The notes under the pieces: generated by a model | The model's input: the letters and a program-made list of their open reading frames with translations, nothing else | The model's database searches: none | Told to the model about the DNA's origin: nothing | Made by a program: the position numbers and the translations under genes | Source: Macrostomum lignano | Lineage: Eukaryota | Assembly: GCA_002269645.1 (NCBI GenBank) | Contig: NIVC01001581.1 | Span: 62,001 to 126,000 of the forward strand | Length of the DNA stretch: 64,000 nucleotides | Reading direction: 5' to 3' | Shown here: piece after piece, positions 55,801-64,000 of the stretch | Layout: each line of letters starts with the position of its first letter | How positions within the stretch are numbered: position 1 is the stretch's first letter

Positions 55801-56641
55801 TCAAAGTGTGGGAATCGGGATATTAAAGGTCAAAGTGGGGATTTGGGATATTAAAGGTCAAAGTGTGGAAATTGGGATATTAAAGGTCAAAGTGGGGATT
55901 TGGGATATTAAAGGTCAAAGTGTGGGAATCGGGATATTAAAGGCCAAAGTGGGGATTTGGGGATATTAAAGGCCAAAGTGTGGGAATCGGGATATTAAAG
56001 GCCAAAGTGGGGATTTAAGATATTAAAGGCCAAAGTGGGAATTTGGGATATTAAAGATCTAAGTGGGAATTTGGGATATTAAAGGTCAAAGTGGGAATTT
56101 GGGATATTAAAGGTCAAAGTGGGAATTTGGGATATTAAAGGTCAAAGTGGGGGAATTTGGGATATTAAAGGTCAAAGTGGGAATTTGGGATATTAAAGGT
56201 CAAAGTGGGGACAAAACTCGAACACTTCCGGTTGCTATACCGCTAACGCAGGCCTCGGAGATTGCTCAACAGTTTGAACCGGTGCCAGACTATGCAGCAG
56301 GTGACGGCACCAAAGGCGCACCAGAGCTGATCCGCTGTCCAGAATGCGGCGAGGCGACCGACGCTCGCGACAACCTGACCTGGTGCCCAAACTGCGGTCG
56401 CTGCCTGACTGTCGTTGTCAACGACGCCACCAACGACAAAGACTGGGCGACTGTTGCGTCGAATTCGTCCAGGTCGGAATCGGGGGCTTCTTCGACGGTG
56501 ACTTCGCTGCCAGCCGGCCTGTCATTTGCTGATGGTCTGGACGCCAGTCAGCACCGGGAGATGCAGCGGCGCCGATGGCAGAAGGAGCTTCTGTCTCCGG
56601 ATCTGCTGCAGGAATTGCGCTTGGATTTGCCGCCCGAGTGA
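48461..56641 (+). CDS. Uncharacterised protein with polyQ, coiled-coil-like segments and a C-terminal CxxC...CxxC zinc ribbon (exons 48461-48570, 48662-49129, 49559-50263, 55348-55564, 56252-56641)
   Basis: ATG 48461 (MYSDSTVTPRTQRRQEIC...); consecutive GT-AG junctions keep frame (phases 2,2,2,0); last exon has RCPECGEATDARDNLTWCPNCG. One acceptor is an unusual GAG (55347). Exon 3 contains a retroposon insertion. Confidence 0.65.
49165..49546. repeat. 45-bp minisatellite, locus 3, inside the 429-bp intron 49130-49558
   Basis: Same unit as locus 2; intron AG|GTTTGA...TTCCAG|A. Confidence 0.93.
49816..49917 (+). ncRNA. HDV-like self-cleaving ribozyme fold
   Basis: P1 GGGTGGC/GCCCCT; P2 GAGACCA/TGGTCTC; P3 GCG/CGC with L3 TCCACGT; P1.1 CC/GG; P4 CACCCCG/CGGGGTG plus TGGCAGG/CCTGCCA; J4/2 ACGAAT with candidate catalytic C at 49906. 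G1 is the first base after the TSD. Confidence 0.82.
49816..50190 (+). mobile_element. 375-bp non-autonomous non-LTR retroposon (SIDE/SINE-like) with 5' HDV-like ribozyme and GAAA-repeat tail
   Basis: 12-bp TSD AGCAGGCGGTGC at 49804-49815 and 50191-50202; 3' tail GAAAAAGAAAGAAAGAA; GC-rich body with no transposase or RT. Confidence 0.88.
50457..54966 (-). mobile_element. Full-length Ty3/Gypsy LTR retrotransposon, antisense in an intron
   Basis: 203-bp TG..CA LTRs at 50457-50659 and 54764-54966 with 1 visible mismatch; 5-bp TSD ATTCT; candidate PBS TGGCGTCGC next to the 5' LTR; short purine tract GGAGAGA before the 3' LTR; domain order PR-RT-RH-IN. Confidence 0.97.
50760..54742 (-). CDS. Gag-Pol polyprotein of the Gypsy element
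   Basis: Gag with two CCHC-like knuckles, protease LIDSGAS, RT (WVHDDILI), RNase H DAS, integrase HHCC and D,D-E (TDNGP, ANGATER). The ATG at 54742 is one base out of frame with the Gag body. Confidence 0.93.
55725..56210. repeat. ~28-30-bp minisatellite in the last intron of the unknown gene
   Basis: GGGATATTAAAGGTCAAAGTGGGAATTT units. Confidence 0.92.
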
Positions 56642-56744
56642 CGAAAGTTTTTTGGGTTGATCATTGCGATAGACCTAGCTGGCTACTGTCAGTAGCAACC
56701 GATGCCAATTTATAGCATCTTTTAGTCGACTTTAGAATTTCCGG

Positions 56745-58328
56745 TTGATGATTTTACTAGTGAGTTGTGACACTTCCGGTTGATGATTTTACTAGTGAGT
56801 TGTGACACTTCCGGTTGATGATTTTACTAGTGAGTTGTGACACTTCCGGTTGATGATTTTACTAGTGAGTTGTGACACTTCCGGTTGATGATTTTACTAG
56901 TGAGTTGTGACACTTCCGGTTGATGATTTTACTAGTGAGTTGTGACACTTCCGGTTGATGATTTTACTAGTGAGTTGTGACACTTCCGGTTGATGATTTT
57001 ACTAGTGAGTTGTGACACTTCCGGTTGATGATTTTACTAGTGAGTTGTGACACTTCCGGTTGATGATTTTACTAGTGAGTTGTGACACTTCCGGTTGATG
57101 ATTTTACTAGTGAGTTGTGACACTTCCGGTTGATGATTTTACTAGTGAGTTGTGACGCTTCCGGTTGATGATTTTACTAGTGAGTTGTGACACTTCCGGT
57201 TGATGATTTTACTAGTGAGTTGTGACGCTTCCGGTTGATGATTTTACTAGTGAGTTGTGACACTTCCGGTTGATGATTTTACTAGTGAGTTGTGACGCTT
57301 CCGGTTGATGATTTTACTAGTGAGTTGTGACACTTCCGGTTGATGATTTTACTAGTGAGTTGTGACACTTCCGGTTGATGATTTTACTAGTAAGTTGTGA
57401 CACTTCCGGTTGATGATTTTACTAGTGAGTTGTGACACCTCCGGTTGATGATTTTACTAGTGAGAATTGTGACACTTCCGGTTGATGATTTTACTAGTGA
57501 GTTGTGACACTTCCGGTTGATGATTTTACTAGTGAGAATTGTGACACTTCCGGTTGATGATTTTACTAGTGAGTTGTGACACTTCCGGTTGATGATTTTA
57601 CTAGTGAGTTGTGACACCTCCGGTTGATGATTTTACTAGTGCGTTGTGACACCTCCGGTTGATGATTTTACTAGTGAGTTGTGACACTTCCGGTTGATGA
57701 TTTTACTAGTGAGTTGTGACACCTCCGGTTGATGATTTTACTAGTGAGAATTGTGACACTTCCGGTTGATGATTTTACTAGTGAGTTGTGACACTTCCGG
57801 TTGATGATTTTACTAGTGAGAATTGTGACACTTCCGGTTGATGATTTTACTAGTGAGTTGTGACACTTCCGGTTGATAACTTTACTAGTGAGTTGTGACA
57901 CTTCCGGTTGATGATTTTACTAGTGAGTTGTGACACCTCCGGTTGATGATTTTACTAGTGAGTTGTGACACTTCCGGTTGATGATTTTACTAGTGAGTTG
58001 TGACACTTCCGGTTGATGATTTTACTAGTGAGTTGTGACACTTCCGGTTGATGATTTTACTAGTGAGTTGTGACACTTCCCGTTGATCAGCAAGTTGTGA
58101 CTCTCCGGTTGATGATGTTACTAGTGTGTTGTGAAGCTTCCGGTTGATGATTTTACTAGTGAGTTGTTAGTTTTGGCACTTCCGGTTGATGCTTTTACTA
58201 GTGAGTTGTTAGTTGTGGCACTTCCGGTTGATGCTTTTACTAGTGAGTTGTTAGTTGTGGCACTTCCGGTTGATGCTTTTACTAGTGAGTTGTTAGTTGT
58301 GGCACTTCCGGTTGATGCTTTTACTAGT
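56745..58328. repeat. 35-bp minisatellite (about 45 copies) between convergent genes
   Basis: (GTGACACTTCCGGTTGATGATTTTACTAGTGAGTT)n. Confidence 0.97.
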
Positions 58329-59328
58329 ACATTCTCAAACATGAGAACTCAGCAAAAGTTAATGTTTTTAATCTCAACAGAAATTGTTCTTTGTTATTAT
58401 GCTACTAAAATTAGTTCACTTATTATCAATTTGATCACACATTGAGCTTAATACACATTAATCGATGGTTTTCCTATAAAAATTCATATACTTAAGCTAG
58501 AATTTGTTTAACAGCATAGCACAGTGCGACATTTATGTAAACATGTTTTTTCTTAATAGTAAGTGCATGATGTAAGTTGGGCGAATGGCGGTTCCTGTTC
58601 TATTATGTTTTTTTTCTATTTAGCTAAAAACACGATTGTAATAGATTGTAAATGTTTACGTGTAAATTTTGTAAAAGTGAAATACAAATAATATATTCAC
58701 TATGTTTTCTTAACGACTGCAATTCATAATGGCAGAAAATGTGTTCAAATACTGTGCACTAATCGTACTGTTTTTTAAAGACTGGGTCAGTAAAAATCAA
58801 AAATTTATTGATGAGCAATGGCTAAAATTTTTGTGTTTTATTCATTTCTCACTTTAATTTTTGCTATAAGGCAAGCATACTGTACTACCTACATTTTGGA
58901 GAAATAGTAATACATTTGACAATTGTCTCAGAATAGAGCTGCGTATTTACAATTTGATATCTGTAAGACTGTAAAGTATATTTCAGTACATAAACTGCCT
59001 CTAATTCACTATTTGTAAGGGACTTCATAGGTTGGTGAGTTTTTTTGCAAAACGTTCACGAGTAGTTCAGTGAGTAAGTTCATAAGTAAGGTCATAAGTG
59101 AGGTCTTGAGAGAGTTCATGAGTGAGTTCATGAGTGAGGTCATGACCTCAGTTCAAGTGAGCTCAAGTAAGTGAGGTCATGAGTGAGTTCATAAAGGAGG
59201 TCATGAGTGAGTTCATGAGTGAAGTCATGAGTGAGTTCTTAATGGAGGTCATGAGTGAAGTCATAAGTGAGGTCATGAGTGAGCTTCTGAGTGAGTTCAT
59301 GCTTCACTATTGAGTTTATGAGTGGTAT

Positions 59329-59613
59329 TTAGGACTGATCATCGTACTCGAAGCGTGGTTCCTCCATCTCAGCGTCCTCGAACTCCTCTCTCCCCGTGGC
59401 CAGTCGGGGGTCCTCTTCGCTGTCGCCAGCTGAATGCCAGCTATTGCTAACGACAGTGCCAGTCGAAGGTTCGGCCGCGGCGCCTGAGGCCCGGCGGTGA
59501 CCCAGCGGTGACCCCGGGACACCGGGTACTCCGAGGTTTGATCGCCAGGTGTCGGCGAACTGTCGCTGTCGTTGCTGCTGCTGCTGCTGTTGTTGTTGTT
59601 GTTGTTGTTGTTT

Positions 59614-59678
<65 letters not shown>

Positions 59679-62600
59679 GATGAAGCTGAATTTGAAGCAG
59701 AGTTGAGCCACATTCCGCAGGAGAGAAGCTGATGGGGGAGCACCTGTTGATGAGGTGCATGGTTTGTAGGGGAAGAAATTAAATATTAGATAGGTAGGAA
59801 AGGATCTCGCTGAGCCCCATGGGTCCATGATCTATAGCTAGATCATCAATTGATCTATAGCTAGATCATCAATTGATCTATAGCTAGATCATCAATTGAT
59901 CTATAGCTAGATCATCAATTGATCTATAGCTAGATCATCAATTGATCTATAGCTAGATCATCAATTGATCTATAGCTAGATCATCAATTGATCTATAGCT
60001 AGATCATCAATTGATCTATAGCTAGTTTACGAGCTATCAAGCTGTCTACAAACAAGGTATGTATAGCTTTAAAGACCCAGTATCTCTGGCTTTAAGGAAC
60101 CGAGATACCGGATCATTGAAAGGATTCAATGATCCGGTATCTCGCACTTCGACGACCCCGGTATCTCACACTTTGAAGACCTGGTATTATCTACTTTAAA
60201 GAACCGGTATCTCACACTTTAAAGACCCGGTATCTTCTAATTTAAAGACTCTCGCACTTCAGAGACCCGGTATCTCGCACTTCGAAGACCCGGGATCTCA
60301 CACTTCAGTGACCCGGTATCTAACACTTCAGAGACCCGGTATCTAAAACTTCAAAGACCCGGTATCTAACACTTAAAAGAACCGTTATCTCACAATTCAA
60401 AGACCCGGTATCTTGTACTTCAAAAGACCCGGGATCTCACACTTCAGTGACCCGGTATCTAACACTTCAGAGACCCGGTATCTAAAACTTCAAAGACCCG
60501 GTATCTCACACTTTTAAGACCCGGTATGTCACACTTTAAAGACCTGGTATCTCACATTTAAAAGAACCGGTATCTTGTACTTTAAAGACCCGGTATCTCA
60601 CACTTCAGAGACCCGGTATCTCACACTTCAGAGACCCAGTATCTCACACTTCAGAGACCCGAGAGATATGCCAAGCTACAACAGGCCTGACCTGGCTGAC
60701 AGGTGTCCCCGATGCTGCTGCAGCTCCGCACCGGAGTTCGCACAGGGGTCAGTCAGCAGGCAGTCCACTGAGCGGCCAAAAGTTCCAGCCATTCGCGGCA
60801 GATTTCCGCCAATAACACCCGCGGGATGCACCGCGGCAGCGGCATCGCCGTGCTGACCCTCCGGGGTTGCGTCGTCAAAGGATCGGTACGGATGGAACGC
60901 TTCGGGTTCGTGATTGTACAGCAGGGCATAGCCGCGACCCTGCTCGGGATTGGGCTCGAGCACGGCGATGCACTGACTGCGGGGGACGTAGACAACGCAG
61001 CTGGGCGACCGGAGGCCGTCCTGCGAGTCAATGATGGTCCAGATCCTGCCGCTGGGCAGCACGATTCCGACGGTGTCGTGCAGCGTCACCAGGATGTTGC
61101 CGTCGTGATCGCAGCCGATGCCGATTGGAGGCGGATCCAAAGCTTCGGCGGTCAGCAGGCGAAAGTCTTTGTAGCTGTACACGTGCAGCGGCGCGCCCCC
61201 GAAGGTGAACACCTGCGACAGGGCGAGGTGGGTGGTGATTGAAGTTTCAAGGTACCCTGCAGTCATTGAAGCATTGTATTAAACCAGGGGGTCGGCAGAC
61301 TTCGGCCCGTGGGCCACCCGCGGCCATCGGAGCCTCTCTATCCGGCCCTCGGGTCATCTGAAAGTTCACAATAGCAATCCGGCCCGCTCAATGTTTGCGT
61401 TTTTTCTCAGCTCTTTCCCTTTTCTCCTCTCTCCCCTCTCCTCTCTCTCCTCTCCTCTCTCTCCTCTCCTCTCTCCCCTCTCCTCTCTCCCCTCTCATCT
61501 CTCCCCTCTCATCTCTCCCCTCTCCTCTCTCCCCTCTCCTCTCTCCCCTCTCCTCTCTCTCCTCTCCTCTCTCTCCTCTCCTCTCTCTCCTCTTCTCTCT
61601 CTCCTCTCCTCTCTCTCCTCTCCTCTCTCTCCTCTCCTCTCCTCTTTCTCCTCTCTCCCCTCTCCTCTCTCCTTTCTCCTCTCTCCCCTCTCCTCTCTCC
61701 CTTCTCCTCTCTCCCCTCTCCTCTCTCCCTTCTCCTCTCTCCCCTCTCCTCTCCTCTCTCTCCTCTCCTCTCTCTCCTCTCCTCTCTCTCCTCTCCTCTC
61801 TCCCCTCTTCTCTCTCCTCTCCTCTCTCTCCTCTCCTCTCTCTCCTCTCTCCCCTCTCCTCTCTCCTTTCTCCCCTCTCCTCTCTCCCCTCTCCTCTCTC
61901 CCCTCTCCTCTCTCCCCTCTCCTCTCTCCCCTCTCCTCTCTCCCCTCTCCTCTCTGCCCTCTCCTCTCTCCCCTCTCCTCTCTCCCCTCTCATCTTTCCC
62001 TTCTGGCTTTGAGTAAAGGATGCCTGAACTTTGCAAGCAGTCCACCTTGACGCTGTAGTTGCCCCTGTCAGTCACCAGAATCCGTCTGTCCAGCGTCACC
62101 GCCAGACCCTCCGGTCGGTTCAAGTCGCCCGGCCCGGAGCCCAGCTGGCCGATCCGGTTTCTGAGGGCACCGCTGGGCCACAGGATGAAGACGCAGTGCT
62201 GCCCAGCATCCGCAATCAGGTAATAATCGTTTTGAGTAGCCGCAACGCCTCGAGGTTCGCGAAATAGGCTGACGGACTGGTTGATCAGCCTCAGGAACTC
62301 GCCGTTCTCGCTGCTGAACAGCTTGAGCTGAGCATGGATGGTGTCCACCACAGCCACGCTGCCGTCGCTGATCACGGCGACTCCCGAGGGTGCGTTCAAG
62401 TTCCAGTCGGAGTCGCCCGGTTCGCCGAAAGCGAGTCGAACGTCGCCGACCGGAGTGACGATAAGGACTCGGTGACTGCCGGCGTCTGAGATCACCAGGT
62501 CGCCTGGATGGAGTGGTTGAGGTTCTCAGCAGCGCTACTAGGGAGTTTCTGAGTTCTGAGTCTGAGCTTTATCAGTGAAAATGCGACATCGTCCCACACA

Positions 62601-63317
62601 ACCAGCGCTGCCTCCTGAGCACAGACAAGTGAGCCAATACTGTACACAGACACGCACTCACACACACGCTCACAAAGGGTGTACAGCGGACCTTCGACTT
62701 TCTAATCGGTCAGGGATGTACACTGTCTGTGCCTTGGGGGTTGGCCCTCATGGCTGAGAATCGTACTGACAACTCACCTGGCCAATTTTCGTGCGCCAGC
62801 ACCAGAGGCGCCAGCACCAGAGGCGCCAGCACCAGAGGCGCCAGCACCAGAGGCGCCAGCACCAGAGGCGCCAGCACCAGAGGCGCCAGCACCAGAGGCG
62901 CCAGCACCAGAGGCGCCAGCACCAGAGGCGCCAGCACCAGAGGCGCCAGCACCAGAGGCGCCAGCACCAGAGGCGCCAGCACCAGAGGCGCCAGCACCAG
63001 AGGCGCCAGCACCAGAGGCGCCAGCACCAGAGGCGCCAGCTGCAGCTACAGCTGCTGCAGACGTATCGGCGCCACATCAACTCACCAGTCTGTGTTGCTG
63101 CCAAACCAGCCGCGACCCGAACTGCGTGCCTCCCGGTCGGCGCCAAGCGGCACCTCAGCTTGTCGCTCTGCACGCATGGCAACGGCTCGCCGACAAGAAT
63201 ATGCCCGAAGCCAGGCCGGGTTTTGCCGCTGAACGCCACGGTAAAATTGTTGATCAACCTGCGCATGGTCTCCATGCCCTGGGTCAGTATGGTTTGTTGG
63301 TGTATCGCCAGTTTCAC
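59329..63317 (-). CDS. NHL-repeat beta-propeller protein (TRIM-NHL-like C-terminus) with polyQ tail (exons ~63317-63086, 62503-62046, 61212-60692, 59743-59329; 5' end uncertain)
   Basis: NHL repeats GDLVISDAGSHRV, LNAPSGVAV, FREPRGVAA, LNRPEGLAVTLDRRILVTDRGNYSVKVF. Junction phases 1,0,2 are consistent. No RING or B-box is seen in the window. Confidence 0.85.
59828..60025. repeat. 23-bp self-complementary minisatellite
   Basis: (TGATCTATAGCTAGATCATCAAT)n. Confidence 0.96.
60070..60665. repeat. Degenerate ~23-bp repeat (AGACCCGGTATCTCACACTTCAG)
   Basis: Direct inspection; lies in an NHL-gene intron. Confidence 0.88.
61410..62000. repeat. CT-rich low-complexity tract in an NHL-gene intron
   Basis: (CTCTC/CTCC)n. 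Confidence 0.95.
62580..62752. mobile_element. Dispersed hairpin-containing repeat, copy 3
   Basis: ACATCGTCCCACA... GTGTACAGCGGACCTTCGACTTTCTAATCGGTCAGGGATGTACAC...GTGCCTTGGGGGTTGGC. Confidence 0.6.
62793..63040. repeat. 15-bp perfect repeat (GCGCCAGCACCAGAG)n in an NHL-gene intron
   Basis: Direct inspection. Confidence 0.97.
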
Positions 63318-63711
63318 ACTTCAGTGTACTCAATTTGACTTCATCCGGATTTTTTCTAGTAAGATCTGCATGCCCATTTATACACGCATATCTATCCCAA
63401 TGTTTGAGCAGATTAAACTGAACACGTAGTAGCATGCGTACACGCACCTGGGAAGAAATCTAAAACGTCTATAATTTAATATTTGAACAAGATAGTTGGA
63501 AAAAAATTAATCATCAATTCAAACAAACCAGATATAGCTCGCATTGGGGCAACTGGCAACTGCTCACAGGTAAGAAGAAATTCAGTCCAAATTCTTTACT
63601 CTTACATTTGTATTTACATGTAGATTCTGCTATTTACAGTCTACAGTGCATATACCGAGCGTATTGTAACAGATACACGGGATACACAGCGGACTTAACT
63701 TGTGGACTGCA

Positions 63712-64000
63712 TGGCGCCAAACTGTCAGATATATATCTGTGCCATTTTCTACTGGAACTAGCGCCAAACTGTCAGATATATATCTGCGCCATTTTCTACT
63801 GGAACTAGCGCCAAACTGTCAGATATATATCTGCGCCATTTTCTACTGGAACTGGCGCCAAACTGTCAGATATATATCTGTGCCATTTTCTACTGGAACT
63901 AGCGCCAAACTATCAGATATATATCTGTGCCATTTTCTACTGGAACTAGCCCCAAACTGTCAGCTATATATCTGTGCCATTTTCTACTGGAACTGGCCCC
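63712..64000. repeat. 47-bp minisatellite running off the window end
   Basis: (GCGCCAAACTGTCAGATATATATCTGTGCCATTTTCTACTGGAACTA)n. Confidence 0.93.

Noticed and set aside
61295-61400. hAT-like terminus CAGGGGGTCGGCAGAC
   Set aside because: No matching second TIR or TSD is visible, so it is too weak to call.
62690-62715. Hammerhead ribozyme in the dispersed hairpin repeat (minus strand CTGACCGA...GAAA)
   Set aside because: The core has an extra base relative to CUGANGA and there is no room for stem II; it is a simple hairpin.

Overview
Eukaryotic (animal) genomic DNA in which most introns carry a minisatellite. This style suggests a macrostomid flatworm such as Macrostomum, but that is inference and cannot be verified here. 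Most long ORFs in the track are artefacts of tandem repeats. Spliced genes I can reconstruct: OTUD3 3' end (+), PPP5C/PP5 (+), CHK1-like kinase (+), LETM1 (-), an unknown polyQ/zinc-ribbon gene (+), an NHL-repeat gene with polyQ tail (-), and two tandem paralogous amidated neuropeptide precursor genes (-; 30457-34395 and 18862-23055) that the ORF track largely misses because their exons are short. Mobile DNA: a young intact Ty3/Gypsy element (203-bp LTRs, 5-bp TSD), tRNA-derived CORE-SINEs, several MITE/foldback elements and a multi-hairpin element in two copies. The most striking item is a 375-bp retroposon (12-bp TSD, GAAA-repeat tail) that begins with a near-canonical HDV-like self-cleaving ribozyme fold. 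It is inserted in sense orientation, in frame and without stops, into a coding exon right after a CAG/polyQ run.
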